From Pseudomonadota bacterium (GTDB lineage: Bacteria; Pseudomonadota; Gammaproteobacteria; Acidiferrobacterales; Acidiferrobacteraceae), in contig JAJYDT010000001.1 in NCBI GenBank assembly GCA_021777335.1, positions 13,295 through 77,294 of the forward strand: a stretch of DNA of 64,000 nt, given 5' to 3'. Below are positions 30,846 to 41,755 of the stretch, one piece after another. The stretch's first letter is position 1. The number at the start of each line of letters is the position of its first letter. The position numbers and the translations under genes were made by a program. The notes under the pieces were generated by a model. The model did no database searches. It saw only the letters and a list, made by a program, of their open reading frames with translations, and was not told where the DNA came from.

Positions 30846-31843
30846 GCGGTGGCGGGAACGCGGTATCGCGCCATGATCTCGGAAAGTCCCTGGAGCTCCG
30901 GGTAGAATGGCAGCACATCCTCGATATACGACAGGACACGCGGGATGTCCGCGAGATAACGCGCCTTCGAATCCCGGTAGTTGAGCCGCGCGAATATGCC
31001 CGCGACCTTGAGGTGGCGCTGGACACCCATCAGATCGAACCAGCGCAGGAAGTGGTCCTCATCGCGTTTCTGAATGAGTCCGGAATCAATCTCGAGGCGG
31101 CAGAAACCCATGGCCCACTCGTCAACCTGCACCTTCGGCCAGGCGATATAGGCATCCTTCAGCAGAGATACAAGGTCGTACGTGACGGGTCCCAGCACCG
31201 CGTCCTGAAAATCCAGGATACCCGGATTGTTGCGCGCGGTCCGCATCAGGTTGCGCGAGTGGTAGTCCCGGTGGACCCAGACCTGGGGCTGCTCCAGCGC
31301 GGACGCCACAAGCACGTCAAAGGCCTGATCGAGCAAGCGTCGCTCATGGATGTCGGGTGGTCGCCCGAGATGACGGCCGAGGTACCACTCTGGGAACAGC
31401 TCCATCTCCCGGCGCAGCAGCTCTGCGCTGTACGCTGGCAGGAATCCGGGATCTGCGAGGCCGCCTGTCTGCAGGGTGACCAGCGCGGCGAGCGCGTCGC
31501 CATACAGCCGTTCCGCCTCGACTCCAGGCGGCGATGATGGCTTCAGGCACTGGAGATAAAGTGTTTCCCCGAGATCACTCAGCAGCAGGAAGCCATTGTC
31601 TTCGTCACCGTCCAGGATCTCGGGTACGTTCAGTCCAATCGCGGCCAGCCGGCGCGCGATGCGCACATAATCGAATACCGTCTCATGTTCCGGAGGTGCG
31701 TCCATGGCAATCACCGAGCGCCTGTCCGTGACGATCCTGAAGTAGCGCCGGAAGCTCGCGTCTGCGGACGCCGGCCGCATGTCGTCGACGTGACCCAGCG
31801 TCCGGCTGATCCATTGTGTTAAAGCTGTGTACCGCGCGTCCAC
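30842..31843 (-). CDS. amgK: anomeric MurNAc/GlcNAc kinase (aminoglycoside-phosphotransferase fold)
   Basis: APH-fold motifs (SFRRYFR, HRDYHSRNLM, ILDFQDAV). Divergent from lptD and overlaps murU by 4 nt. Confidence 0.78.
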   Translation of the reverse strand: MDARYTALTQWISRTLGHVDDMRPASADASFRRYFRIVTDRRSVIAMDAPPEHETVFDYVRIARRLAAIGLNVPEILDGDEDNGFLLLSDLGETLYLQCLKPSSPPGVEAERLYGDALAALVTLQTGGLADPGFLPAYSAELLRREMELFPEWYLGRHLGRPPDIHERRLLDQAFDVLVASALEQPQVWVHRDYHSRNLMRTARNNPGILDFQDAVLGPVTYDLVSLLKDAYIAWPKVQVDEWAMGFCRLEIDSGLIQKRDEDHFLRWFDLMGVQRHLKVAGIFARLNYRDSKARYLADIPRVLSYIEDVLPFYPELQGLSEIMARYRVPATA

Positions 31844-31915
31844 CGCGACCCCGCCGGAAGCTTGATGATTGCGCGATTCTATGCGATTTTACCGCCGGGC
31901 AAAAACCACAAAACC

Positions 31916-34144
31916 ATGTGCCGAAGAACGATTGTAGGCCTGCTGCGGGTCGGAGTGCTCGCTGCGCTGGGGCCGGCGGTCGCGCTTGCGGCTCCGGATG
32001 GCTGCGTTCCAGCACCCCGACCCACCGTCGTCGCGCCGAAACCATCGAAGGATAACCTGCTTCACATCCGGGCGGATCGCGCAAAGGTTGTCGAACGGAA
32101 CATCGCGGTGTTCACCGGGCATGTGCTGCTCCGTTATCGCGGCCAGTCAATCACTGCCGACAAGATCCGCTATAACCGGACAACCGGGCAGATTGCGGCG
32201 CGCGGACACGTGGTGCTGTATGGTGCGCGGGGTGTCCGCCTCCACACCGATCGTCTGGACCTTAATCAGACCACCGAGGTGGGCCGATCCGGTGCCGTCC
32301 GGTTCGATCTGGGGCCTGGCAGCGGCCAGGGCCGGGCCAGCGGCATAAGCATCAGGAACAAGAATGAGATGGATCTCAAAAACGCCCGCTACACCACCTG
32401 CCCGCCGGGCCATCGCGGCTGGTATCTCGCGGCCGGGCACCTCGATCTTGACCGTGCCAGTGGCGTTGGTACGGCGCGCGACGCGCACGTCGATTTCCAG
32501 AACGTGCCCCTGTTCTTCTGGCCATACCTCAGTTTTCCGCTCTCGAGCCAGCGCAAGTCGGGGTTTCTTGCGCCGCGCTACGGCGTGCGCGGGAACGCGG
32601 GGTTTGCGTTCGCGCTCCCCTATTACTGGAATATCGCTCCCCAGATCGACGATACGCTGACGCCGCGTTTCTATAGTCGCAGGGGTCTTCAGTGGCAGAA
32701 CGAGACGCGCTATCTCGGACAAACCTACAACGGCAGCTTTACCTGGCAGTATCTTCCGTATGACCCTGTCTACGGTGCCACCCGCTACTCGCTGTCGCTG
32801 TTCCATCACCAGTTTCTCGGCCCTTACTGGACCGCGAGCGTTGATTATCAGAAGGTTTCGGATTTGTCCTATCTCGGCGATTTCTCTGACACGCTGGCGG
32901 TGTCGAGCCAGACGGACCTTCCGCAGGACGTGAGGTTTGTCTATTCCGGTCCCCTGTGGCACGTCGTCGCGCTGGCATCACGCTTCCAGAACCTTGATCC
33001 GACGGTGCCTCCCTGGCAACTGCCTTACAGCCGGATGCCCGAGATCCGGTTCTCCGCGGATCCCTCGGCGCAATCCGAGCGGCTCCATTATGCGTTCCAC
33101 GGCCAGATCGACAACTTCCAGGGCAACCCGGTGGTAAACGGGCGCAGGATCGATCTTTATCCGAGGATCAGTTTTCCGGTCTTCAGTCAGGATGGTTTCA
33201 TCAAGCCGGAACTTGGTCTGCGTCAAACCGATTATGCGCTGGACACCGTGGGCACAACGGGCGCAACGTATCTGACCCGCACCCTGCCTATCGTAAGCCT
33301 TGACAGCGGCCTCTATTTCGACCGCGCGCTTGACCACGGAAGGTATCGACAGACACTCGAACCACGGTTGTATTACCTCTACATCCCTTACGTGAATCAG
33401 AACAATTTTCCGAATTTCGACACGATCGTCCCCGATTTCAACTTCTCGAACCTGTTTCTGCACAACCAGTTTTTCGGGGCAGACCGGATAGGCAATGCCA
33501 ATCAGGCCACCGCTGCGGTGACCACGCGGTTGCTGGGGCCGGACGGCGACGAAAAGTTGCGCGCAAGTATCGGCCGGATCTTCTATTTCACGCCCGAGCA
33601 GGTCACCGCGCCGGCGGGCCCGTTTATCCAGACATCGGCGGGATTCGTCTATCAAAACACGCCGATGCCGGTGTACGCCAACGCCTCCGACTGGGTAGCT
33701 GAGGCAGTGGCGCATCCCGTCCCAAGCTGGTATCTGCGCAGTGGCATTCAGTGGAGCGCCAGCCAGAACACGACCAAGCTGAGTGATCTGGATTTCCAGT
33801 ATCATCCGGCACCCGACAAGATCCTGAACATCGGGCGCGATTACATCGCGGGTGTCCAGGATGAGATCATCATCTCCGCACAGTGGCCGGTCTACCGCCA
33901 CTGGACAGCAGTCGCGCAGAGCGAGTATTCGCTGCTCAACAAGACTAACTTGGAGTCCTACGCCGGAATTCAATACAATACGTGCTGCTGGGGCGCGCGT
34001 GTGTATTTTCACAGGCAGCTGAGCCCGTCGCTCGCCCAGGTCGACAGTGTCATGTTTCAGTTCCAATTGACGGGGCTCGCGAATCTGGGCACGCCCCCCA
34101 TCAACCCGTTGGCCCAAGGCGCCTTCATCTTCGGCAATCCATAG
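31916..34144 (+). CDS. lptD: LPS-assembly outer membrane protein LptD
   Basis: Signal peptide, an OstA-like N-domain and a large beta-barrel (742 aa from ATG 31916). Followed by surA-pdxA-rsmA. Confidence 0.9.
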   Translation: MCRRTIVGLLRVGVLAALGPAVALAAPDGCVPAPRPTVVAPKPSKDNLLHIRADRAKVVERNIAVFTGHVLLRYRGQSITADKIRYNRTTGQIAARGHVVLYGARGVRLHTDRLDLNQTTEVGRSGAVRFDLGPGSGQGRASGISIRNKNEMDLKNARYTTCPPGHRGWYLAAGHLDLDRASGVGTARDAHVDFQNVPLFFWPYLSFPLSSQRKSGFLAPRYGVRGNAGFAFALPYYWNIAPQIDDTLTPRFYSRRGLQWQNETRYLGQTYNGSFTWQYLPYDPVYGATRYSLSLFHHQFLGPYWTASVDYQKVSDLSYLGDFSDTLAVSSQTDLPQDVRFVYSGPLWHVVALASRFQNLDPTVPPWQLPYSRMPEIRFSADPSAQSERLHYAFHGQIDNFQGNPVVNGRRIDLYPRISFPVFSQDGFIKPELGLRQTDYALDTVGTTGATYLTRTLPIVSLDSGLYFDRALDHGRYRQTLEPRLYYLYIPYVNQNNFPNFDTIVPDFNFSNLFLHNQFFGADRIGNANQATAAVTTRLLGPDGDEKLRASIGRIFYFTPEQVTAPAGPFIQTSAGFVYQNTPMPVYANASDWVAEAVAHPVPSWYLRSGIQWSASQNTTKLSDLDFQYHPAPDKILNIGRDYIAGVQDEIIISAQWPVYRHWTAVAQSEYSLLNKTNLESYAGIQYNTCCWGARVYFHRQLSPSLAQVDSVMFQFQLTGLANLGTPPINPLAQGAFIFGNP

Positions 34145-34156
34145 GAGGCCGGTCCC

Positions 34157-35467
34157 ATGCGAAGACTGCTGCTATTGCTGGTCCTGCTGCTTCCGGTACA
34201 GGGATTGCGTCCCGCGCTGGCAATGGTGTCACAGGCTGCGGTGCCGCTCGACCGAATCCTTGTGGTCGTCAACAACGGTGTGATCACGAGCAGCGCCCTC
34301 GATCTGAGGATGGCCCAGGTTACCCGGCAGCTTGAGGTTCAGCACATCCAGCTGCCACCTGCCGCCGTGCTGCGTCGGCAGGTGCTGAAACGAATGATTC
34401 TCGATCGTATCCAGCTGCAGGTATCGAGGCGGATGGGGATCAGTATCCATCGCTCCCAGATTGACTTGGCCATGAAGGATCTTGCCTCGCGCAACCACAT
34501 GACAAGCGCGCAATTCGATGCCGCGCTTGCGAAAGACGGGATTGACGTGCACGAGTTCAGACGCGAGCTGCGGACGCAGCTTGTCATCCGCGAGATCGTT
34601 GCACGCGCGATCAGGCCGCGCGTGCATGTTTCCGAGCGGGAGGTGCGTCGGTATCTCGCCACCGAGCGGAGGATCGGCCAGCGCGAGTATCACCTGCGCG
34701 ATCTATTTATCCCGGTTCGTGGGCACGCCCGCACGTCGGTGAAGAAGGCGGAACGTCTTGCCAGCCGGCTTGAAGAGAAACTTGCCAAGGGGGCGCGCTT
34801 CAGGGAGCTCGCCATCGCCTATTCCCAGGGACCGAAGGCACTCGAAGGCGGAGACCTCGGCTGGAAACACGCCGGCCAGCTGCCACCGGTGTTTCTGGGT
34901 GCCCTGAAGTCCATGAAGCCTGGAGATGTCAGCAGACCGCTTGAGACCCCTGATGGGTTTCATATCATCAAGCTGCTGAAAGAACGTACCAATGTTCCGA
35001 AGAAGGTGGTGACGCAAACGGATCTTCGCCACATCCTGATTCGTCCAAACGTGATACTGAGCCCGGCTGCTGCCCTGCGCCGCGCGCAGCGGATCCGCTC
35101 GGAGATAAAAGCGGGAGTCAGGTTCGGCGCGCTCGCGCGCCGCTACTCAGATGACCCGTTGTCCGCTTCCGAGCATGGCGATCTCGGCTGGATCAGTCCG
35201 GGCGAACTCGATCCGTCGGTCGAGAGGGTCATGAAGACGCTTGCCATAGGGCAGGTGAGCCAGCCCATCCGGACCGCGCACGGTATCGAGCTGATCGAGG
35301 TTCTCGGGCGCCGCCAACGGGATATCAGTGGCGCGATCAGCGCATTTCAGATAAAGCGGCAACTTGAGATGCGCCGCGCGAGTGAACTGTACCATCACTG
35401 GTTGCAGCGTCTTCGCGATCAGGCCTATGTCCGTTTCCTCGCCCGTCAGTCGAAGCCGGCCTCCTGA
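34157..35467 (+). CDS. surA: periplasmic chaperone / peptidyl-prolyl isomerase SurA
   Basis: Signal peptide, a SurA N-domain and two parvulin domains (GGDLGW twice). 436 aa. Confidence 0.92.
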   Translation: MRRLLLLLVLLLPVQGLRPALAMVSQAAVPLDRILVVVNNGVITSSALDLRMAQVTRQLEVQHIQLPPAAVLRRQVLKRMILDRIQLQVSRRMGISIHRSQIDLAMKDLASRNHMTSAQFDAALAKDGIDVHEFRRELRTQLVIREIVARAIRPRVHVSEREVRRYLATERRIGQREYHLRDLFIPVRGHARTSVKKAERLASRLEEKLAKGARFRELAIAYSQGPKALEGGDLGWKHAGQLPPVFLGALKSMKPGDVSRPLETPDGFHIIKLLKERTNVPKKVVTQTDLRHILIRPNVILSPAAALRRAQRIRSEIKAGVRFGALARRYSDDPLSASEHGDLGWISPGELDPSVERVMKTLAIGQVSQPIRTAHGIELIEVLGRRQRDISGAISAFQIKRQLEMRRASELYHHWLQRLRDQAYVRFLARQSKPAS

Positions 35468-36428
35468 GCGGCCACCGGTCATCGCCCTCACTGCGGGCGA
35501 ACCGGCTGGCATCGGCCCGGAGCTCGCCGCACGTCTCCTGAAAGAGTGCTGGCCTGGTCGCGTAGTCCTCATCGGTGATCACGGCCTGGTGCGGAGCCGC
35601 GGCATAGATCTCGGGCTCGACATGAGTCCCTGGGCGGGCGACGGGATCGAGATACCGATGCGCGTCGCGTCAAGGCCTGGCCAGCTTGATCGCCGGAATG
35701 CGGCGTACGTGATCGAGACCCTGGAGCGGGCGGTGCAGGGATGTCTCTGCGGAGAGTTTGACGCGCTTGTGACGGGCCCGGTCCACAAGGGAATCCTGAA
35801 CGATGCGGGTTACCCGTTTACCGGCCATACGGAGTTCCTGGCCCAGGCGTCGTCCAGCCCCCTGCCGGTCATGCTGCTCGTTGGCGGCGCACTCCGGGTC
35901 GCGCTTGCCACGACACATCTGCCGCTTCGCGAGGTACCGGACAGTATCACGGCGGAGCGCTTGCAGCGCGTGCTTGAGGTCCTGCACGACGGGTTGCGCA
36001 CCCAGTTTCTGATCGGAAACCCGCGTATCGCGGTACTGGGTCTCAACCCGCACGCGGGCGAGGGCGGACACCTCGGACGGGAAGAGATCGAGATCATTGC
36101 GCCAGTGGTGGAGGCGTGCGCACACCAGGGCATGGACGTGCGCGGACCGCTTCCTGCGGATACCGCGTTTACTCATGATGTCCTGTCCGGCGTCGACGCC
36201 GTGCTCGCGATGTACCATGATCAGGGCCTGCCGGTGCTGAAACACCAGAGTTTCGGAGCAGCGGTCAACGTGACACTCGGATTGCCGTTTTCGCGCACAT
36301 CCGTGGATCACGGAACGGCACTCACGCTTGCGGGCACGGGCCGGGCCGACGCCGGGAGTTTCAATGCCGCGCTGAGGCTTGCCCTGAGGTTCGCAACGCG
36401 CCCCCGATGCATGCCCCGTGCGTCCTAA
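35427..36428 (+). CDS. pdxA: 4-hydroxythreonine-4-phosphate dehydrogenase
   Basis: IALTAGEPAGIGPEL...GHTEFLA...LNPHAGEGG...HDQGL. Start re-picked to ATG 35427, overlapping the surA end. Confidence 0.9.
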   Translation: MSVSSPVSRSRPPERPPVIALTAGEPAGIGPELAARLLKECWPGRVVLIGDHGLVRSRGIDLGLDMSPWAGDGIEIPMRVASRPGQLDRRNAAYVIETLERAVQGCLCGEFDALVTGPVHKGILNDAGYPFTGHTEFLAQASSSPLPVMLLVGGALRVALATTHLPLREVPDSITAERLQRVLEVLHDGLRTQFLIGNPRIAVLGLNPHAGEGGHLGREEIEIIAPVVEACAHQGMDVRGPLPADTAFTHDVLSGVDAVLAMYHDQGLPVLKHQSFGAAVNVTLGLPFSRTSVDHGTALTLAGTGRADAGSFNAALRLALRFATRPRCMPRAS

Positions 36429-37185
36429 GAAACGCCTCGGGCAGCATTTTCTGAGGGACCAGGACGTGGTCCGGCGCATTGTGCGGGCATTTACGCCGCA
36501 TCCTGATGACGTTACTGTCGAAATCGGCCCCGGGGAAGGCGTGCTGACCCGCGAGCTCGCGCCTTCCGTCAAGGTCCTGCACGTCATCGAGATTGACGCG
36601 GAGCTGTGCCGCCGTCTCGGGCAGGATGCGGCGCTCCGGGATGTACACGTCCACCACGCGGATGCGCTGCGCTTTCCTCTGTGCGACCTCGTGCCTGGCG
36701 GCCCACAGCTCAGGCTCATAGGCAATCTTCCTTACAACATCTCGACGCCGCTGCTTTTCCGGCTGTTCGGGCACAGAGCCTGCGTGCGCGATATGCTGTT
36801 CATGTTTCAGCAGGAGGTTGTCGCGCGTATCGTCGCGCACGCGGGAGGGAAGGACTACGGCAGGCTCTCCGTCATGGCACAGTTCTTCTGCGATGCGCAG
36901 CCTGTGCTGAACGTGTCGCCGTCGGCGTTCTGGCCCGTGCCGCGGGTCCATTCAGCGGTCGTTCACCTGACACCGCGGCTGAAGCTGCCGTTGTCCGGCG
37001 CACGGCTCGCGCTGTTCGAAGACATCGTCCGTCACGCTTTCAGCCAGCGGCGCAAGACACTACGCAACAGCCTGAGGGATCTGGTCGACGAAGAACGCAT
37101 GCGAGGTATCGGCATTGATCCCGTGCGACGCGCTGAAACCCTGTCGCTCGCCGAGTTTGTCGCGCTGACAGAGGCTGTCGCCTGA
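36418..37185 (+). CDS. rsmA: 16S rRNA (adenine1518/1519-N6)-dimethyltransferase
   Basis: KKRLGQHFL...VEIGPGEGVLT...GNLPYNISTP. GTG start overlaps the pdxA end. Confidence 0.92.
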   Translation: MRPKKRLGQHFLRDQDVVRRIVRAFTPHPDDVTVEIGPGEGVLTRELAPSVKVLHVIEIDAELCRRLGQDAALRDVHVHHADALRFPLCDLVPGGPQLRLIGNLPYNISTPLLFRLFGHRACVRDMLFMFQQEVVARIVAHAGGKDYGRLSVMAQFFCDAQPVLNVSPSAFWPVPRVHSAVVHLTPRLKLPLSGARLALFEDIVRHAFSQRRKTLRNSLRDLVDEERMRGIGIDPVRRAETLSLAEFVALTEAVA

Positions 37186-37905
37186 TCACGGAGAAGTGCT
37201 GAACCGGTTCTGTCCTTCGACCGAGGCGCGTACGCGGGCTGTAAGTTCTTCCGGAGGACCTTCCGGTGGAATCGGCCGGCCGATCGTGACGGTAACGACC
37301 CCGGGATGTTTCAGGAAACCGCGCCGGGGCCAAAATCGTCCCGCGTCATGTGTTACTGGCACGATTGGACGCCCGGTGTGTTTGGCAAGCAGGGCCGCAC
37401 CAATCCCGAAACGTCCCAGTGCGCCGGGAGGACGCCGCGTACCCTCCGGGAAGACCACAACCCACCGGCCGGCGTCAAGGCGCACCTTGCCCGCTACCAG
37501 GATCTGCCGCAGGGCTTTGCGTCTCGCGCTGCGGTTGATCACGATCGGCCAGGTCAGGGCGAGGGCCCAGCCGAAGAACGGAATGAACAAAAGTTCCCGC
37601 TTCAGGACCCACGATTGCGGCGGAAAGATGACCTGGAACGCGAGTGTTTCCCATGCCGACTGATGATTCGAAGCCACAATCACCGGTTCGTCAGGCAAAT
37701 GTTCGGCCCCATGGACCTGGAAACGGATGTGACAGATCCGCCCAAGACACCACAGATTGAAACGGGTCCATTGTGTAATGAACCGGTAGCGCGCATCCCG
37801 GGGCAGCGGAAGCGTGCACAGCGACAACGGTGCATAGACCAGAACGCTTGTCCACATGATCGCGTTGAACAGGAACGACCGGAGCAGCAGGGAGGCGTTC
37901 TTCAA
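37186..37905 (-). CDS. plsC: 1-acyl-sn-glycerol-3-phosphate acyltransferase
   Basis: NHQSAWE acyltransferase motif and FPEGTR. 239 aa. Lies next to gmhB-glyS-glyQ, as in Pseudomonas PA0005-PA0009. Confidence 0.85.
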   Translation of the reverse strand: MKNASLLLRSFLFNAIMWTSVLVYAPLSLCTLPLPRDARYRFITQWTRFNLWCLGRICHIRFQVHGAEHLPDEPVIVASNHQSAWETLAFQVIFPPQSWVLKRELLFIPFFGWALALTWPIVINRSARRKALRQILVAGKVRLDAGRWVVVFPEGTRRPPGALGRFGIGAALLAKHTGRPIVPVTHDAGRFWPRRGFLKHPGVVTVTIGRPIPPEGPPEELTARVRASVEGQNRFSTSP

Positions 37906-38444
37906 AAGCGGTCTTCGAGCAGGGCGTTAGCGAATGCCGCCAGATCGTCAAATATGGGAACATCCGCGATGCCACGGCCCTCCGCGATCGTGCGCGCACC
38001 CTTCCCGGTACGCACGAGTGCCGGGCGGGCATGTACCGCGCGCGCCGCCTCAAGGTCCCTGAGAGAGTCGCCGACCGCGTAAGCGGTCGACAGATTGACC
38101 TTGAGCCGGTCCGCGATCTCTTCGAACAGACCCGTGCGCGGCTTGCGGCAGTGGCACTGCTGTTCCGGACTGTGTGGACAGAAGAATACGGCCTCGATGC
38201 CCCCGCCTTTCTGCGTAACCGCGTCGATCATCCTGTTGTGTATCCTGTTCAGCGCATCCATATTGAACAGTCCGCGTGCGATTCCCGACTGGTTGCTCGC
38301 GACGACAATGCGGTAGTCGTTTTGATACAGCCGTGCGATGGCCTCGATGCTGCCGGGAACCGGTATCCACTCATCAACTGACTTTATGTAGTCGTCCGAA
38401 TCCTCGTTGATCACGCCGTCACGATCGAGAATGATGAGACGCAT
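37902..38444 (-). CDS. gmhB: D-glycero-D-manno-heptose 1,7-bisphosphate phosphatase (HAD)
   Basis: ILDRDGVIN...SNQSGI...CPH...CHCRKP...GDSLRD. 180 aa. Confidence 0.88.
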   Translation of the reverse strand: MRLIILDRDGVINEDSDDYIKSVDEWIPVPGSIEAIARLYQNDYRIVVASNQSGIARGLFNMDALNRIHNRMIDAVTQKGGGIEAVFFCPHSPEQQCHCRKPRTGLFEEIADRLKVNLSTAYAVGDSLRDLEAARAVHARPALVRTGKGARTIAEGRGIADVPIFDDLAAFANALLEDRF

Positions 38445-38448
38445 GACC

Positions 38449-38778
38449 CTAATCCGGTTCGCGGACGATGCGGACGCGTCCGTCCACCATCCGGCTCCCC
38501 CGTCGTTCGAGCGCCCGCATCTTTCCCCAGAACGCCTCGCGCAGGTCGAAGTCTGCGGAAATCGCCGTCCCGATCAGCAGGATGAGCAGGTCCGCGCACT
38601 CCTCGGCCAGATCCTCCTTGGATTTGCCCTTGCTGACGCACGCTGCGATCTCCCCGAGCTCCTCCGTCATCAGTGTCACCCGGTAGACCATATCCTCGCC
38701 GCCGCGGTCCCGGAATTCATGCTTGCGGTGAAAGGCGGCGACGGCCGCCAGCATCTCGGAAAACGCATCCGCGTTCAT
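38449..38778 (-). CDS. MazG-like nucleotide pyrophosphohydrolase domain protein (109 aa)
   Basis: EELGEI...EECADLLILL all-alpha NTP-PPase signature. Overlaps the glyS stop by 4 nt. Confidence 0.7.
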   Translation of the reverse strand: MNADAFSEMLAAVAAFHRKHEFRDRGGEDMVYRVTLMTEELGEIAACVSKGKSKEDLAEECADLLILLIGTAISADFDLREAFWGKMRALERRGSRMVDGRVRIVREPD

Positions 38779-40877
38779 GGGTTACCTCCCTCAATTCGGA
38801 GCTGCGATAAATCGGCCACCTCAAGGAACAGGCACTGAAGCCGTGTCAGCAGACGCAGGCGGTTGTCGCGCAGCCGTTGGTCGTCCGTCATGACCATGAC
38901 TTTCTCGAAGAATGCACCGAGCGGCCGCTCGAGCTGGCCAAGACGCGCGAGGGCATCGGTGAACTGCCCCTTTCCCGCCAGCCCACGCACCGCCTGTTCG
39001 GCCTCGCTGAACGCCTGGGCAAGCATCCGCTCGGTATCCTCCGAAAGCAATTCTGGATCCGGATCTCCTGACACTGCCGGCACCTGACGCAGGATGTTGC
39101 GTATACGCTTGTTGGCTGCGATCACTGCCCCAGCCTCAGGCCGCACGCGGAAATCCCTGATGGCGCGCGCACGCGATTCGAGGTCGTCGAGGCGGTCCGG
39201 GCCGGGCGCAAGCAGCGCCTCAACCTCATCCGGCATCCAGCGGGCGCCAAGATAACTGCGTACCCGTTCGAGCAGGAATGCATGTACGGATGCAACTGTG
39301 TCTGCGGTTGCCGTGCCTGAGGGGTAAAGCGACACGGCGCGGCTGAGGAGATCCATGAGCCTGATAGGCCCGTTCTCGAAGAACGCGGACCGCTCCATGA
39401 GGATCCTTATGACGCCGAGCGCCTGACGTCGCAAGCCGAACGGATCCTTATCGCCCGTCGGGGTCGTGCCGATGCCGAACATCCCGACCAGGGTGTCGAT
39501 GCGGTCGGCGAGCCCGAGGATCGCGCCGGCGACATCCGGTGGCACGGCGTCGTGCACGGTCCGGGGCGCATAGTGCGTCTCGATCGCGTGCGCCACAGCT
39601 TCGTCCTCCCCGTCGGCGCTTGCATAGTAGCGCCCCATCACGCCCTGCAGTTCCGGGAACTCGCCGACCATGTCCGTCAGCAGATCGGCCTTCGCGAGCA
39701 TGGCGGCGCGGTCGAGGAGGGCCGCGCTTCTGTCGGAGCAGAGCGACGACACAAGGCTGCGTACACGTGCGGTCTTGTCCGCCATCGAGCCCAGACGATC
39801 CTGGAACGCGACGGCATCGAGTCCGGCAGCGCGCTCCGCCAGTTTCCGCTTCCGGTCCGTGTCCCAGAAAAAGCGCGCATCCGCGAAACGGGCCGCGAGC
39901 ACGCGCTCGTTTCCCGTCTGGACCAGTCGCGGCTCCTTGCTCCGGATGTTCGCGACGGTAATGAAATATGGGGCCAGCCGGCCTTCAGCGTCCGCTACCG
40001 GAAAATACTTCTGGTGCCGCTGCATGGCGGTGATCAGTACCTCCCGGGGCAGCGTCAGGAATTCGGGTGAAAATGCGCCGAGCAGGGGCTCAGGCCATTC
40101 CACGAGCCCGGCCACCTCGTTGAGCTGCTCATCTTCAATGAGGGCGACGAGTCCATGGGTACGGGCAAGGTCATGGGCACGCTCGGAGATGATCCGTGCA
40201 CGCTCTTCGAACCGAGGGATCACGAAGTGATCCTTCAGAATCCTTTCGTAGTGCGATGCCTCAGGGATCGAGATGGGCTGCGGCGCCATGAATCGATGCC
40301 CTCGCGTTTTACGCCCGCTCATGACTGACAGAAGCGGCAGCTGTCGGGCGCTTGACCCATGCATGAGTACCACCCAGTGCACAGGGCGCACGAACTCCTC
40401 ATTGAGATCCGCCCAGCGCATGCGCTTCGCGACCGGCAGCGCCTTCACTGCCTGCCGTATGATCTCGGGGAGCAGGTGCGCGAGCCGCTGGCCGGGCCTG
40501 CGTTCGGAAAACACGAGCCATGCACCCTTGTCCGTGGTCATGGTCCGAAGATCGTCCACGCTGACACCGCACGAGCGGGCAAACCCCTGCGCCGCCGCTG
40601 TCGGTTGACCGCTTTGGTCATAAGCGGCAACAAGTGCCGGTCCGCGTCGCTCGACCGCGCGCGCGGGCTGTTTGCGCCTGACGTCCGATATCAGGACGCC
40701 GAGGCGCCGTGGCGCGGCGAAACAGAGTGTCTTCGCGTCATTGTCACAGACCCCGGCAGTACGCAAGCCCTCCTTCATGGCGGCACCCAGGGCAAGCGCG
40801 AGGGTCTGCATCGACTTCGGGGGCAGTTCCTCGGTCCCGATTTCGAACAGGAGGTCCGCGTGGTCCCTGGTATTCAC
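38775..40877 (-). CDS. glyS: glycine--tRNA ligase beta subunit
   Basis: 700 aa. [14 protein letters not shown]-terminus and the GlyS pattern throughout. Overlaps the glyQ stop. Confidence 0.95.
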   Translation of the reverse strand: MNTRDHADLLFEIGTEELPPKSMQTLALALGAAMKEGLRTAGVCDNDAKTLCFAAPRRLGVLISDVRRKQPARAVERRGPALVAAYDQSGQPTAAAQGFARSCGVSVDDLRTMTTDKGAWLVFSERRPGQRLAHLLPEIIRQAVKALPVAKRMRWADLNEEFVRPVHWVVLMHGSSARQLPLLSVMSGRKTRGHRFMAPQPISIPEASHYERILKDHFVIPRFEERARIISERAHDLARTHGLVALIEDEQLNEVAGLVEWPEPLLGAFSPEFLTLPREVLITAMQRHQKYFPVADAEGRLAPYFITVANIRSKEPRLVQTGNERVLAARFADARFFWDTDRKRKLAERAAGLDAVAFQDRLGSMADKTARVRSLVSSLCSDRSAALLDRAAMLAKADLLTDMVGEFPELQGVMGRYYASADGEDEAVAHAIETHYAPRTVHDAVPPDVAGAILGLADRIDTLVGMFGIGTTPTGDKDPFGLRRQALGVIRILMERSAFFENGPIRLMDLLSRAVSLYPSGTATADTVASVHAFLLERVRSYLGARWMPDEVEALLAPGPDRLDDLESRARAIRDFRVRPEAGAVIAANKRIRNILRQVPAVSGDPDPELLSEDTERMLAQAFSEAEQAVRGLAGKGQFTDALARLGQLERPLGAFFEKVMVMTDDQRLRDNRLRLLTRLQCLFLEVADLSQLRIEGGNP

Positions 40878-41755
40878 GGTTTTGTTTCCGCGCCGGTCCG
40901 TGGGAACCCCAGTGCCTCGCGCCGGGCGTAGTAGGTCTGTGCTACACGCCGTGAAAGCGTGCGCACGCGGCCGATGTAGCGGGCGCGCTCCGCAACGCTG
41001 AGCGCGCCCCGGGCATCCAGCAGATTGAAGGTGTGCGACGCCTCCAGTGTCCGCTCATATGCCGGCAGTGGCAGGTCGAGCTCGATCAGGGCACCGCTCT
41101 CCCGCTCCGCCTGATCGAACCGCTGGCGCAGTGAATCAACGTCGGCATGCTCAAAGTTGTACGCCGACATCTCGATCTCGTTCTGCCGGTACACGTCGCC
41201 GTAGGTATAGCCGTCCGTCCACTTCAGGTCGAAGAGATTGCTCTTGCCCTGCAGATACATCGCGAGCCGCTCGAGCCCGTAGGTAAGTTCGCCGCTGACC
41301 GGACGACACTCAAGGCCCCCCACCTGCTGGAAGTACGTGAACTGAGACACCTCCATGCCATTCAGCCACACCTCCCAACCGAGGCCCCAGGCCCCGAGCG
41401 TCGGCGACTCCCAGTCATCCTCGACGAAGCGTATGTCCTCCAGGAGCGGGTCGATGCCGAGTCCGCGCAGCGACGCGAGATAGAGTTCCTGGATTTCGAG
41501 CGGCGAGGGTTTAAGGATCACCTGGAACTGGAAATAGTGCTGAAGCCGGTTCGGGTTCGCCGCGTAGCGGCCGTCCTTCGGACGTCGCGAGGGCTGTACA
41601 TAGGCTGCCCGCATGGGTTCTGGACCAATGGCGCCGAGGAACGTCGACGGATGAAAGGTACCGGCCCCGACCGGCATGTCGTACGGCTGCATGATGAGGC
41701 ACCCCTGCTTGGCCCAGAAGCGCTGCAGGGAGAGGATCAGGTCTTGAAAGTTCAA
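40874..41755 (-). CDS. glyQ: glycine--tRNA ligase alpha subunit
   Basis: [17 protein letters not shown]...[13 protein letters not shown]...FTYFQQVGG. The ORF track starts at ATG 41863, but that 36-codon extension has AT-rich third positions. TTG 41755 gives 293 aa. Start uncertain. Confidence 0.9.
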   Translation of the reverse strand: MNFQDLILSLQRFWAKQGCLIMQPYDMPVGAGTFHPSTFLGAIGPEPMRAAYVQPSRRPKDGRYAANPNRLQHYFQFQVILKPSPLEIQELYLASLRGLGIDPLLEDIRFVEDDWESPTLGAWGLGWEVWLNGMEVSQFTYFQQVGGLECRPVSGELTYGLERLAMYLQGKSNLFDLKWTDGYTYGDVYRQNEIEMSAYNFEHADVDSLRQRFDQAERESGALIELDLPLPAYERTLEASHTFNLLDARGALSVAERARYIGRVRTLSRRVAQTYYARREALGFPRTGAETKP

